IMG/VR virus record: IMGVR_UViG_3300014204_000010
Location: 25,374-89,373 of that record
Direction: 5' to 3' (one strand)
Source: a virus
Lineage: Duplodnaviria; Caudoviricetes
Length of the DNA: 64,000 bases
Within the stretch, counting starts at the first letter, position 1. Each line of letters opens with the position of its first letter. A program made the translations under genes and the position numbers. Below the pieces are notes generated by a model. It had not been told where the DNA came from. It was given only the letters and a program-made list of their open reading frames with translations, and searched no databases. This document shows positions 40,823-50,850 of this stretch, piece by piece.

Positions 40823-41496
40823 ACCTGACCTCTATTCAGTTCCCAAGCTCCTTCTATTTCGGAGACACCGTTTTGTTTTCTCATTTTCCTGGTACCAGCT
40901 ACTTCATGCTTAATGTACTTATCCAAACCGGGAAACTCTTTCAGTACTCTATTGGATAAACCCTTCTTATATATATCCAGCATTGTCAACGTACAGGGAG
41001 CACCATGATGAATGTAAGGGTAAAACTTCTTGTAGTTTTCGATGTTCATTAATTGGAAGTACGGGTGAAGATAAGGCATCCACCCCTCATTTCGATGGGT
41101 CGGTTTAAAACCATAAGAGAATCCGTCAAAACCTGTTCTCTCAATTCTCCCTACTCCAAACGTATCAGCTTCCATCATTGACATCATCTTGGGTACGGGT
41201 GATTTTAACATCTCTATGTCGGAATCAAAGAAGAGGGCATATTTGGTTAGGGTGTAGTACAAACCAATGCACATCCCCCTACCATGTCCGATATTGTAAC
41301 CGACTGTAATTACTTCTGTTTTCTCAGATGCCAATGATTTGACGTAACTGTAACAAGGGCCATCGAAGTCAGAACCGTCAATAATAATGATCCTCATATC
41401 TGGGTGGAACTTCCTAAACGAGTTATAAGACTTCTCAATTAGGCTTTTTGTCTTCCAGGATACAGTTATTCCAGTAATGTCACTCAGCTTGTCCAC
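40819..41496 (-). CDS. glycosyltransferase family 2-like
   Basis: ITVSW, IIIIDGSD, NIGHGRG, LFFDSD motifs. Confidence 0.8.
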   Translation of the reverse strand: MDKLSDITGITVSWKTKSLIEKSYNSFRKFHPDMRIIIIDGSDFDGPCYSYVKSLASEKTEVITVGYNIGHGRGMCIGLYYTLTKYALFFDSDIEMLKSPVPKMMSMMEADTFGVGRIERTGFDGFSYGFKPTHRNEGWMPYLHPYFQLMNIENYKKFYPYIHHGAPCTLTMLDIYKKGLSNRVLKEFPGLDKYIKHEVAGTRKMRKQNGVSEIEGAWELNRGQV

Positions 41497-42640
41497 GACT
41501 AACCCTCAAAGTCTTTGTGTAAACAACATCATCCCGCCAGTACACTTCGGTTTTGGATTTAAACACAGTATTAATAAACTGGAAATCCCCCGTTTGCATG
41601 GCAAAGAAACATTGTATGTATTTTTGGTAAAGGTCATTTCTGACCACGACATTGGACGTACCTATATGGTTTTGGAAAAGTACGTCTTTTTTCCATACCA
41701 TATCAGTAGGGTAATTCTCTCCGTTTATGTACATGCGAACAAATATCATGCCTACATTGGGTTGCTTTTGGACAATGGACTTCAAATCCTCCACAAACTT
41801 ATTGGATATAAAAACGTCATCGTCATCCAGCATAAAGACGTATTTACCCTTTATTCTTTTTCGGTTCCTGTAGAAACTAAGGTTGGCTTTTGCTACACCG
41901 CATCCTATATTGTCGTATATGATCACATGTTCAAAGTCCGGGTCTGTTTGGGCATTAACACTTTCCATGTGCTGCTTATACATAATCGGTCTATTGAATA
42001 GATGTCTGGTAACTATGGTTAGAAAGGGCTCATGCTTTATTGGCATAACGTACAGATAAGGTGGGGGAACCACATAATTCTTATTATGGTTTCCCTTCAC
42101 ATCCCTTATTGCAAAATGGACATGATATGCTTTGAGAGTAAGACTGGGGTTGGTGATGTGGTATCCAGCCCTCTGAATCTCATAAGCAATGCGGTTGTCA
42201 CAACCAAGTCTACCGATCTCAAAATCTCCATATACATTGTTGATCATGCCTTTGAATATCCAAACATCCTGACTGTCTTGATGAAAGAAATGAACAGGAG
42301 TACCGTCTTCTGTGATGTCCCAACGACTCAAAGCGAAACAGTCCCCTTCAGACATGTTATCCAAAAGAGCCAAGCTCCCGAAGTAAATATCCGTGTTTGC
42401 AATGATTGAATGTCCTGATTCCAGAGAGTTTGCTATATTGAAGATGTCCGTATAAGTAGGTCTTTTGTTCAAGATATGATGTGTGACCTTTGGATGCTGA
42501 GGTAGATTCCTGTCGTTCTCAGCTATTAAGTGGATTCTACTTATATCGGCGCAGGCTATGTTTGCATCCAAGCAAGCTCTGTTCTCTTCATTTCTCTGCG
42601 GATTAGAATCTGTATACCAAGGGGTAAAAAGTCTGATCAT
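41480..42640 (-). CDS. two-domain glycosyltransferase
   Basis: N-terminal IIANTDIYF...SQDVWIF...GCDNRIAY domain plus C-terminal GT2 (YVFMLDDDD, GDFQF). Confidence 0.75.
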   Translation of the reverse strand: MIRLFTPWYTDSNPQRNEENRACLDANIACADISRIHLIAENDRNLPQHPKVTHHILNKRPTYTDIFNIANSLESGHSIIANTDIYFGSLALLDNMSEGDCFALSRWDITEDGTPVHFFHQDSQDVWIFKGMINNVYGDFEIGRLGCDNRIAYEIQRAGYHITNPSLTLKAYHVHFAIRDVKGNHNKNYVVPPPYLYVMPIKHEPFLTIVTRHLFNRPIMYKQHMESVNAQTDPDFEHVIIYDNIGCGVAKANLSFYRNRKRIKGKYVFMLDDDDVFISNKFVEDLKSIVQKQPNVGMIFVRMYINGENYPTDMVWKKDVLFQNHIGTSNVVVRNDLYQKYIQCFFAMQTGDFQFINTVFKSKTEVYWRDDVVYTKTLRVSRGQAE

Positions 42641-43353
42641 CTTGTCACCTCAGGGAAAAGCTTCCCGTTATACTTAGTTATACCAAAACCAAACTTCTCT
42701 TTGGATTCTTTAAGAACCTCGAAGCAGGTGGATTGTTTTATGAATTTCCAGGTTTGATGATGCTTTACATGGAAAATGTCATCCAAGACAAAATGACATG
42801 GGGTTTTGATCTTGGATAAACTGTAGGTAAACTCCGTTAAACCTAGATGCCCACCGCTATCGAGCATCATCAAATCCACACAACCATCTACTGATTTCAG
42901 TATTCTTCCAAGAGCGTCGTCTGGTATATTAGGAAAGTCGGTTTCCTGGAAGTATTTAGTTACCCTCTGTTCTTCTGGATGATCTACCCAAATATCATCC
43001 TTCTTAACATTCTCAATAAGCTCTTTTCGGAGTTCGTCTTCCTTGGGTAGAAGATTTCTAGGCAATGACAGGGCATGAATCAGCTTAATCTTGGGAAAGC
43101 TCTGAAGATGAAGCTTGGCTCGCTGATAGTATTGGAGATTGCATTCTATGGTATAAAATTCGTAATCGGTAATATTGCAGGTTGCAAGACTTCTGGCTAT
43201 GATTTCCGTACTACCATTACCCAGATAAGTACCTGTCTCTATAATTCTTTTCGGTTTGATACTGGAGATCAAACCGAGGACGGATTCTTCAAACACCGTC
43301 CCCTCTATGCTCATACCTGCTCCGGTCGCGACCTTAGCCATTCTTCCTCCCAC
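42637..43353 (-). CDS. class I SAM-dependent methyltransferase-like protein
   Basis: IIETGTYLGNG (motif I), DLMMLDSGGH and FVLDD. Confidence 0.7.
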   Translation of the reverse strand: MGGRMAKVATGAGMSIEGTVFEESVLGLISSIKPKRIIETGTYLGNGSTEIIARSLATCNITDYEFYTIECNLQYYQRAKLHLQSFPKIKLIHALSLPRNLLPKEDELRKELIENVKKDDIWVDHPEEQRVTKYFQETDFPNIPDDALGRILKSVDGCVDLMMLDSGGHLGLTEFTYSLSKIKTPCHFVLDDIFHVKHHQTWKFIKQSTCFEVLKESKEKFGFGITKYNGKLFPEVTR

Positions 43354-44074
43354 ATATTGTCATGTCTTGAATGAACACACCCGGTTTGCATATATCAACT
43401 GTCAAACCTACCCTTTTGAATAACTCCGTAATGGACAAAACATTGAAGATGTAAAGGTGTTCTTCTGGATAGTAATGACGGAAACGAAGACCTTCTCCGC
43501 GATACCAGGGTGTCTGAAGAATCAAAACACCATTCGGTTTCAGGTAGTTTACCATAGATTGGACTGCTGCTAAAGGATCAAGGAAGTGTTCCAATACATC
43601 AAAACCAACTACAAAGTCGAAATGACCATCTATCTGTACATCAGGGAAAACACCGCAGATGATCTCTTCCAGACCGAATCGGGTTTTGGCAAACTCGCAT
43701 GTTCCTTTACTCACTTCCACCCCTACTACCCTTCTGAACCCTTCTAACTGACATTGGTAGAGAAAGCCACCGTGACAGCAACCGACTTCAAGTATTGAAC
43801 CTCTTTCCGGAGAAAGCTCCTTAATAGTTTCTATCCATTTAGGGATTCTGTCGTGGAAGTCTGAGGTAGACCGTCTTTCGATCTCGGGATTATGGAGGTC
43901 TTTCGTCTGACGGGTATGCCAGTAATCCTGGAAATCATAAAACTTAGAAACATCCTGTACGGTCTTCGTGGAAACTAACGCCGTACATTCTGGACATTCC
44001 TTATAGTCCGGGTGTATAAACTTTTGGAGATTTATATTTCCACACCAGCATTTTTCCATTCTACGACCTCCCAA
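43334..44074 (-). CDS. class I SAM-dependent methyltransferase with N-terminal Zn ribbon
   Basis: CWCG...CPEC, ILEVGCCHG, GVEVS, FDFVVGFDVLEHFLDP, LKPNG, HLYIF. Confidence 0.88.
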   Translation of the reverse strand: MGGRRMEKCWCGNINLQKFIHPDYKECPECTALVSTKTVQDVSKFYDFQDYWHTRQTKDLHNPEIERRSTSDFHDRIPKWIETIKELSPERGSILEVGCCHGGFLYQCQLEGFRRVVGVEVSKGTCEFAKTRFGLEEIICGVFPDVQIDGHFDFVVGFDVLEHFLDPLAAVQSMVNYLKPNGVLILQTPWYRGEGLRFRHYYPEEHLYIFNVLSITELFKRVGLTVDICKPGVFIQDMTICGRKNG

Positions 44075-44724
44075 TCATTGCTTATAAGGGTATTATTCCA
44101 ATTCCAAGCATTCCTGGCAGTTTTGTAATAAACCTTTCTTCCTTTGTAAGGTAGAACCTCAACAAAGTTGCAAAGGCTACTGTCGATACAATGAATCTCC
44201 TTGGCACTCATTATTACCTGATACCAATCAAATATGTTGTAATCCTCGAACTCCCTAAACTCTACTTTGTTAGGGAAATCCATTTTTACGTGGGAACCGT
44301 CATGTGTAGATTCATGACACAGAATGTAGGGCTGAGTATTGGCTACTCGGAGAAAAAGACCTGCTTCCCTACCAAAACTTCTATTCCAAACTAGGTTTCG
44401 TCTATAAGAAATAGGGACTCCGGCAAGAAAATACTTTGCCTTTACAAAGCTCTCGTTATTCTCCCGTCGCTTTTCCCACCATTTGTGGACTTCTGAGTAC
44501 TTCTCCAGACCGAACTCCAGATGGAGAGTTCTGGCATACTCTCCATCTGGTCTATCAACGGGTCGGCAGTAATTGATGTTTCGGAAGTTACTATGGTACT
44601 GGGAAGGACAAAGCCAATCAATCTGGTAAAACTGTGAGTAATAATGTGCAATCGGGAGGCATATTATTATATCACCATGCCTCCCTGGTTGATTAATCAG
44701 TAGTCTCTTCATGCTTCGGGTCAT
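44032..44724 (-). CDS. GT-B fold glycosyltransferase (GT9-like)
   Basis: LLINQPGRHGDIIICLP and IHCIDSSL motifs. Confidence 0.6.
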   Translation of the reverse strand: MTRSMKRLLINQPGRHGDIIICLPIAHYYSQFYQIDWLCPSQYHSNFRNINYCRPVDRPDGEYARTLHLEFGLEKYSEVHKWWEKRRENNESFVKAKYFLAGVPISYRRNLVWNRSFGREAGLFLRVANTQPYILCHESTHDGSHVKMDFPNKVEFREFEDYNIFDWYQVIMSAKEIHCIDSSLCNFVEVLPYKGRKVYYKTARNAWNWNNTLISNDWEVVEWKNAGVEI

Positions 44725-46414
44725 CCGATTGTTTTTGGGCTTGAGTTCTCTTTATAATCTTAGTTGCCGGTTTCGCTGGAGCTGCTACTGGCTTTCCTGG
44801 GGCTGCTGGCTTTCCTGGAACAGCTCCCGGTTTCTGCTGCTGATTGCCTCTTACCTTTTGAACACCTGGTTCAAGCTGCTGTCCACCAGCATCTACCGGG
44901 GGAAGAGGTTCAGGATACTTATCTCTCTCTGTGGCATCTTCCAGAAGTAGTCTTCGGTAGTTGCCAAGTCCCAGATTCTTTGCAATGGTTCTATTGGGGA
45001 TATGGAGTGTGTCATTGACCGAACCGTGTTTAACTCCCAGTAAAGCTCTGGTCCTTGCTTCCATGTTAAGCGTTTCCGATACCGGGAAGCTCACTTCAAT
45101 AAGCTGTTCCGGTTTGAATTGCTTTTCCTTAAATATGGGTTTCTTCTTTTCAAAATCTACAGCTACCTTCTGAGCGATCTTCTCCGGGAAACCTGATACC
45201 TTGCTTTTTATGAAGAAGATAGCCCTCCAGAAGTCAAACAGAAGGAATCGTTCGAAGTAGGCTACCTCATCACTGGTTCGATCGGACATCGGACCTCTTG
45301 TGGCTTTTACTGCGGCAAAAGTACCACTAGATTTGCCGGTCATGATGTCTTCTGGCTCATTTAAGCCGCTGGCGACCATATCCAGCAAATCTGTGTCTTC
45401 GTCTGAGATAGTCGGGAGTTTGGGGTTATGGACTTCCATCTTCATCCCTGGAGGAAGAACTAACGTACTACCCGGGGTCTTCTTAGCCATTATGCCTGTT
45501 TTTCTTCTATCTTCATCTGATAGAGCTAACCAGGTCTTGAAGGACTTTGCATCCTCAATGGTGACTACCCACAAGTAAGAACCTGCCGACTTCTTGTGAT
45601 CTATCTCGTATTTCTTCAGGTTCTCATAATGGTTTAACCATTCAAGAACTGTCCTCAGGTAAGAGACATTCCTCTTTGTCAAGAAGGATTTATCCCAAGC
45701 TACGATGAACCTTCGGAATCCCCCGAATTTGTTGAATTTGTTACGAGGAGACCGACTATCCTTAAGCTCCGATTCGTTCAGCTCGTTTTTAACGGTTTTA
45801 TACATTTCAGGGAAATAGGCTATATTGATAGAAGGAACTATAACCTTCCCTGTTTGAGACTTGAACGGACTACCTGCTGTGTCTATATAGTAGAAAAGAG
45901 GGAAGGTGGTTTTCATGGGGTGGTAGACTATTCCTTCTTCACCTCCCCCACCGACAAACTTGGGGTCAATGAAGTCCACCTCAACAAAGCCGTCTTCGTG
46001 TACGGTCAGGCAAAGAAAGAGTTCCCCTTCAATGATGGATCTACCTGAGTAGGGAGTCCAGAAGTGATACAGTCGATTTCTTGGATCATAAGTAATTTCA
46101 TCCAATACTTCTTGCACTTCGTCTACGGGTGAGGTAACTTCAAAGCCCATACCAGTCAAACGACCTACTTGACCTCTAACAGCCGTGTTGACATGGGGGT
46201 TTCGATTGAACTTTTCCCAACAGGAGTTCTGGAGAAGTTTCCTGTTCCCTTCTGTAGCTACGGAAGTAGTCACCATACCGGTTTTATCGAAGCCGTCCGG
46301 GTCCTTGTCTTCATCAATAGCTGTGTACTGCCAGGGCATTGTAAACTTCAATGCCGAAAGCTCGTCCTCAGTCAGTTTGTCTAAACCTGAAAACGCCAGA
46401 TCAAAGTTACTCAT
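44693..46414 (-). CDS. portal protein
   Basis: 573 aa from ATG 46414; NPHVNTAV, IIEGELFL, LPPGM, VASGLNEPE; follows the terminase gene. Confidence 0.85.
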   Translation of the reverse strand: MSNFDLAFSGLDKLTEDELSALKFTMPWQYTAIDEDKDPDGFDKTGMVTTSVATEGNRKLLQNSCWEKFNRNPHVNTAVRGQVGRLTGMGFEVTSPVDEVQEVLDEITYDPRNRLYHFWTPYSGRSIIEGELFLCLTVHEDGFVEVDFIDPKFVGGGGEEGIVYHPMKTTFPLFYYIDTAGSPFKSQTGKVIVPSINIAYFPEMYKTVKNELNESELKDSRSPRNKFNKFGGFRRFIVAWDKSFLTKRNVSYLRTVLEWLNHYENLKKYEIDHKKSAGSYLWVVTIEDAKSFKTWLALSDEDRRKTGIMAKKTPGSTLVLPPGMKMEVHNPKLPTISDEDTDLLDMVASGLNEPEDIMTGKSSGTFAAVKATRGPMSDRTSDEVAYFERFLLFDFWRAIFFIKSKVSGFPEKIAQKVAVDFEKKKPIFKEKQFKPEQLIEVSFPVSETLNMEARTRALLGVKHGSVNDTLHIPNRTIAKNLGLGNYRRLLLEDATERDKYPEPLPPVDAGGQQLEPGVQKVRGNQQQKPGAVPGKPAAPGKPVAAPAKPATKIIKRTQAQKQSDDPKHEETTD

Positions 46415-46492
46415 TTTTTCACCTTTTTTCGGACCTATAAGAGGGTTGTTAGCACTTTTTGGACAAAAAATCAAGGTTTTTATTAATTTTCC

Positions 46493-46666
46493 TTAATTTT
46501 TTTCTCTTTTTCTTTTAAATATCTCTTTATCCACGAAATAAAATACTATCCCTCCTGCTAGGTTAGCTATAATCACTCCGGTCATTCCTTTGATAATGTC
46601 CGTAATGACGTACAGAATTGGAGAACTTAGTTGCCATCTTATCAAATACAGTAGGAAAGCTTTCAC
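46493..46666 (-). CDS. small two-TM membrane protein (57 aa, not in ORF track)
   Basis: GTG start after GAGG; MKAFLLYLIRWQLSSPILYVITDIIKGMTGVIIANLAGGIVFYFVDKEIFKRKREKN. Confidence 0.65.
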   Translation of the reverse strand: MKAFLLYLIRWQLSSPILYVITDIIKGMTGVIIANLAGGIVFYFVDKEIFKRKREKN

Positions 46667-46671
46667 TGTAC

Positions 46672-48735
46672 TTACCTCGGGCCTAGGTGGTCGTTGCTCA
46701 TTATCATTGTTCCAAAATAAGGAGTTTGCCGTCTTTCTTTAAAATCTGTGGCATTTAGCTCCCTACCCCCATAAACAGTCCAAGATGCACAAAAGATGGC
46801 ATCATCTTGAACCCCGCCCCTTTCATTCTTTTCGGGAGAACCGAACCAGTGTTTGTCAGCATCATGGAAGAAGTATTTCATCTCCTCCCGAAGCATATCC
46901 ATTTCTTTACTCCCCATAACTGCCATTGGGGGAGCTTTGAACCTTCCCTCTCTGGAAAGCAGATAGAACTCACTGAATGCCGCCTTTTGTTTGTCGTAGG
47001 TCGGGAACACAGCCTCAAACTTTATCTCTTCGTCTTCACACCAAGGTTGCAAATCCCAAATTCCCCACCGTTCTCCACATAGTATATCTACCCCATCAAA
47101 CTCTTCTTTGCAGTCAAGGATGAGGTTTTTTAAGTCTTCTAGGCTATGACTCTCGACATGAACCAAATTCAGAAGCAAATAGATGTATGATGGTACCTGG
47201 CCCGGAGTATCAGTAGACTGAAACAGCATCGGTTTGGACTTACTACCAGGTAAACCCTTAGCCATACAAGTAAATATTGTCCGTGCTCCTCTATTTGATA
47301 CTTTCATCGGGTCAGCACGGTCGATACCTGCAAGAATAGCCCAATTAGTATCCAGAATCCCTCCCAGCATCTCCAAGTCTTGAAGAGTTGCCATTACGGG
47401 CATTCCGAGTTTATCTTTCAGGGTGTAGTACTTCTCGACCGGTATCAATCTCTGGACAACCTTATTGATGACCCCTCTTTCTTCATTGAGGTCTCTGTTC
47501 TGGGCTCTCCGTTCGATTAGCATCCGCATTTGTTGTTCGACCTCAACCTTGCGAGTGATAGCTTCCATCATAACTTGATTATTACCCAGGACACCGTCGA
47601 TTCCCATATATCCGATACCTTGAATCATTTCGTCAGTGAATACCTGCTCAGAAGCACTTCCCCAGGTGTTCTTGAAGTATCTTTCGAAGTCCCCCATCGG
47701 AAACTTGGCAGAATAGTCGTCCAGTTGATCCTGAGTCATATTGGGATTCCAATAATCCTCATGATTCGCCTTAGCACTAAACCTGTAACTAAAGTAAACA
47801 GTCTTGCTCTTTCGGGTCACATAGCCGTCAAAAAGGTTATAAAGGATGTGCTGCTTTGACGAAACGGTGGAATCTATTACTCCCAGAGCGTTTGGGATGT
47901 TACGAATAGAACCATCCAGTTGAACAAAGAAGGTGGGCTTTCTCATGTCGAAGATTTCAGAGAAGGTATATCCGGTAATGTTGGAAACGATACCACTGAA
48001 GCTACTAATCGACCGAATAACCGAAACAATGTTATTGCTCTCATCCTTGATCATAATTCTTCTCTCCTGGATGTTTCTTTTCCCCACTAAATCCTGGAGA
48101 GTAGGAGAATTGAGAATGATGTCGCGCATGATGTCGAAATGGACGAAGGTGACCTGTTCCTTAGAGTTAGCTCCAAGAACGATCTGCTGCTTTGTCCAGT
48201 TAAAGAACTTCCAGAGTTGGATAAGACAAGCCAGCAAAGACTTACCCTCCCCGCGCATCCAACACAGAATGATTAACCGGTATATAAACTGACCGTTTAT
48301 CATTCTCAGACATTCTCGGACTACTTCTTTCTGGGCATCCCAAAACTCCCAGTAGGATCGGCCAGTGCTTGGATTTTTAACCCTTGGCAATTTCGAGATA
48401 GGGCACCAGACGGCCATGGTCGATCCTACCGGATAAATGGGGATTGCTACGTGGTCTTCACACCATTTAATGAAGCCTTCAGGACCGTCTCTGTAGGAAT
48501 CGGGCTCGTATATTTCGTAAGGAGGCAAATCCCAAGGATTGACTCCTGGGAGAAATACCTTAGCCTCAAACAAGTCTTCGATTTCCTTTTCAGAGAGGGT
48601 TTCATCCGGTTCTAAGGATTCTTGTTCCTTCTTCTTTGCCAGTTGTTGTTCTTCGTACAACTCTTCGGTCTTCTTCCGATAACCGTCCAGCAAAGGTCTC
48701 TTTATTAATTTCCTTCTTTTCAGAGTTAAAGCCAT
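46672..48735 (-). CDS. terL: terminase large subunit
   Basis: WMRGEGKS Walker A, GANSKEQ, FSEI Walker B variant, RNase H-like nuclease GIDRAD ... QDDAI. Confidence 0.9.
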   Translation of the reverse strand: MALTLKRRKLIKRPLLDGYRKKTEELYEEQQLAKKKEQESLEPDETLSEKEIEDLFEAKVFLPGVNPWDLPPYEIYEPDSYRDGPEGFIKWCEDHVAIPIYPVGSTMAVWCPISKLPRVKNPSTGRSYWEFWDAQKEVVRECLRMINGQFIYRLIILCWMRGEGKSLLACLIQLWKFFNWTKQQIVLGANSKEQVTFVHFDIMRDIILNSPTLQDLVGKRNIQERRIMIKDESNNIVSVIRSISSFSGIVSNITGYTFSEIFDMRKPTFFVQLDGSIRNIPNALGVIDSTVSSKQHILYNLFDGYVTRKSKTVYFSYRFSAKANHEDYWNPNMTQDQLDDYSAKFPMGDFERYFKNTWGSASEQVFTDEMIQGIGYMGIDGVLGNNQVMMEAITRKVEVEQQMRMLIERRAQNRDLNEERGVINKVVQRLIPVEKYYTLKDKLGMPVMATLQDLEMLGGILDTNWAILAGIDRADPMKVSNRGARTIFTCMAKGLPGSKSKPMLFQSTDTPGQVPSYIYLLLNLVHVESHSLEDLKNLILDCKEEFDGVDILCGERWGIWDLQPWCEDEEIKFEAVFPTYDKQKAAFSEFYLLSREGRFKAPPMAVMGSKEMDMLREEMKYFFHDADKHWFGSPEKNERGGVQDDAIFCASWTVYGGRELNATDFKERRQTPYFGTMIMSNDHLGPR

Positions 48736-48754
48736 GATCTTTGCAGCTCTTTTC

Positions 48755-48988
48755 TTATCTCACATGTTCGAGGTAAACGTCGTCTTCCACTCTTTCCCGA
48801 ATTGTTTCAAGCTCAGACAGTATTTTATCTTTCTCTTTCTTGAATAATTGGGCTACAGCTTCATCCACGATGCTTCCTTTGTCTTTACCAGTTACCCTCT
48901 GCATAGTATTAATCATGCTGATGGTATTGGTATGCAACGCTACGCGGAACTCTCCGGAATGATTTCGATGTCTTGGGGTGGTGGTCAT
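48755..48988 (-). CDS. small DNA-binding protein (ribbon-helix-helix-like)
   Basis: FRVAL followed by two helices (KGSIVDEAVAQL). Confidence 0.45.
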   Translation of the reverse strand: MTTTPRHRNHSGEFRVALHTNTISMINTMQRVTGKDKGSIVDEAVAQLFKKEKDKILSELETIRERVEDDVYLEHVR

Positions 48989-49004
48989 CGCTATCTATCC
49001 TCCT

Positions 49005-49262
49005 TTATTTAATTGTCGTTAGTGGTTCCCCCTTAATCTCCGTAAAGTCAAAGGGTTTACTATGTACACAAAGGCGACAGAAAACCAGTTCCTGAAGACC
49101 TTTATTAGTGCTGTAGACAGTTTCCTTGCCCAGACTGTTCCGGTATCCGTACACGATCAGAGGTTCTTTATTGAACACGCACTCCTGATCGCAGGTCTTC
49201 CTGGAATAGAGGATATTAGTTTTGATTACTGGCATAGTGGTTCTGGATTTCTTACCACTCAT
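49005..49262 (-). CDS. hypothetical Cys-containing protein
   Basis: CDQEC...CRLC motifs. Confidence 0.5.
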   Translation of the reverse strand: MSGKKSRTTMPVIKTNILYSRKTCDQECVFNKEPLIVYGYRNSLGKETVYSTNKGLQELVFCRLCVHSKPFDFTEIKGEPLTTIK

Positions 49263-49486
49263 TTCCCGTCCCTTTCAGCAAGAGTTTGCCTGAGATACAT
49301 CACAAGGTCTAACGCTTCCTGGTAGGCATCAAGCAAAGGATCTCTGCCGTTATGGGTTTGTAGAGTAGTCCCGTACTTATCGGTGCCCATCTTATCCCGG
49401 GCTTTCAAATCCTCCATAACAAGTGGTAGCACATCCATCTTACCTTTAATCGGCATTTCTTGTCTAGTGGCAGCATCCAAAACCAT
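49259..49486 (-). CDS. small helical phage protein (possible MazG/NTP-pyrophosphatase-like fold)
   Basis: KYGTTL...DAYQEALDLVMYL motif. Confidence 0.45.
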   Translation of the reverse strand: MVLDAATRQEMPIKGKMDVLPLVMEDLKARDKMGTDKYGTTLQTHNGRDPLLDAYQEALDLVMYLRQTLAERDGK

Positions 49487-49487
49487 A

Positions 49488-49778
49488 CTACTTATCCCCC
49501 TTTTCTAGGTTGCCTAACAGGCTGCGGACGCGGTTGATTCCTTTCTTGAACCCGGTCTCCTCAACCGTCTCTTTAGCCATCTTTTCAGCTCCGCCGTGGC
49601 TCAGAACCCAATTTCGCAACACCTTTCTAACACCCTTTTCTCCTTGACTATTGAGGCATTTAAGCCCCTCCTCAAACTCTTGGTTATGGTCGTCGCAAAG
49701 ATCAGCCCACGGTAAGCCTCTCCTGTCCAGAAGCACGATAACACCCTCTTTTTCACAACCCTTCCAAGTACATTTCAT
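49488..49778 (-). CDS. hypothetical protein with Cys/His cluster
   Basis: KCTWKGC...LCDDH. Confidence 0.55.
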   Translation of the reverse strand: MKCTWKGCEKEGVIVLLDRRGLPWADLCDDHNQEFEEGLKCLNSQGEKGVRKVLRNWVLSHGGAEKMAKETVEETGFKKGINRVRSLLGNLEKGDK

Positions 49779-50023
49779 CCTTCCCCTCCGGTTTCTACAG
49801 CACTAAAAACCAAAGTAATTTCCCGATCTTGAGGATTAACAAAGTCGATAAAATCCCCGTACATCGGTATATCTCCAGAAGGATCCTTTCGACAAAGCCG
49901 GTAGGAAGCTTTTAAAGGGTAATCAAATTCCTTACGAACAGCTTCCACCATTTTATCCACCTTCATGAGAAGCCCAAAATGAAACTCCGAAGTGCCACGG
50001 TCGCAGGCAACAAACACCTTCAT
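49775..50023 (-). CDS. hypothetical protein
   Basis: 82-aa ORF overlapping both neighbours by 4 nt. Confidence 0.55.
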   Translation of the reverse strand: MKVFVACDRGTSEFHFGLLMKVDKMVEAVRKEFDYPLKASYRLCRKDPSGDIPMYGDFIDFVNPQDREITLVFSAVETGGEG

Positions 50024-50661
50024 CTAATAACCCCCTTTTTATTGGTATCTTCTTGCGACATCTGCTTATAATAGGATCTGTCACCAGTCTCTGACTTATT
50101 GACATCATCCCCTAGATTCGGCTTGTAATTGAAGGTAAAGGCTAACTCTAAGTCTTTCCACATAATATGGATAGTTTTCAAAGTTTCCCGTATCTCTTTA
50201 TAAACCGGATGAATCTTTTCCCCCTGAGGTGTTGGTACCATCACGCTTGTAATGCTCATCTCTAACAACTGTAATCGACAAAGCTGCATATAAAGCGGTA
50301 CAATCTGCACTCCCAGCTTAAAAGTCATTACTTCGTCTAAGAATTGATACGTTGAAAAGATCGTTTGGTAGAACGCTTTTAAATAGTCTACTTGTACTAG
50401 GCACTTCCCGCCTTTTTCAAATTGGCAACGATTATAAACGGGACAGTTGCTCTGGCATGACTGAACGATGTCCCAAGAAAAAAGGGTAACGCCCTCGCGG
50501 ACATTGCCCTTCTGAATATCCATCTCTCCAATCTTCTCGGAGTTTACGATTTCTAGCGGCTTTCGCACTAAGTCCATATGATTCACCATCGTTTTTTCTT
50601 CGGAATAGCAGGTACAAAACACAAAGTCAAGAAAAAAGTTAAGGAAAAATAGAAATTCCAT
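50020..50661 (-). CDS. putative terminase small subunit (P27-like)
   Basis: GEKIHPVYKEIRETLKTIHIMWKDL resembles the P27 'NP...L..L' segment; first gene of the late operon; true start may be ATG 50589. Confidence 0.5.
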   Translation of the reverse strand: MEFLFFLNFFLDFVFCTCYSEEKTMVNHMDLVRKPLEIVNSEKIGEMDIQKGNVREGVTLFSWDIVQSCQSNCPVYNRCQFEKGGKCLVQVDYLKAFYQTIFSTYQFLDEVMTFKLGVQIVPLYMQLCRLQLLEMSITSVMVPTPQGEKIHPVYKEIRETLKTIHIMWKDLELAFTFNYKPNLGDDVNKSETGDRSYYKQMSQEDTNKKGVIR

Positions 50662-50751
50662 AGAAAAATTTAGAAAACCTCTCAGCTTTTGAAAGCAACC
50701 ATAGAAAAACTAAAAAGGGCGGGGGCTACTCCTTCGATAACTACGTCCCAG

Positions 50752-50823
50752 TAGAGCCAGGTTCACCAAAACTGGAATAAATTATGCCAATAGAGCCAGG
50801 TTCACCAAAACTGGAATAAATTA
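50752..50823. repeat. 33-bp exact direct repeat, 2 copies, period 39
   Basis: TAGAGCCAGGTTCACCAAAACTGGAATAAATTA at 50752-50784 and 50791-50823. Confidence 0.95.
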
Positions 50824-50850
50824 CGTGGTGAGGACCTACACGCTGCACAC

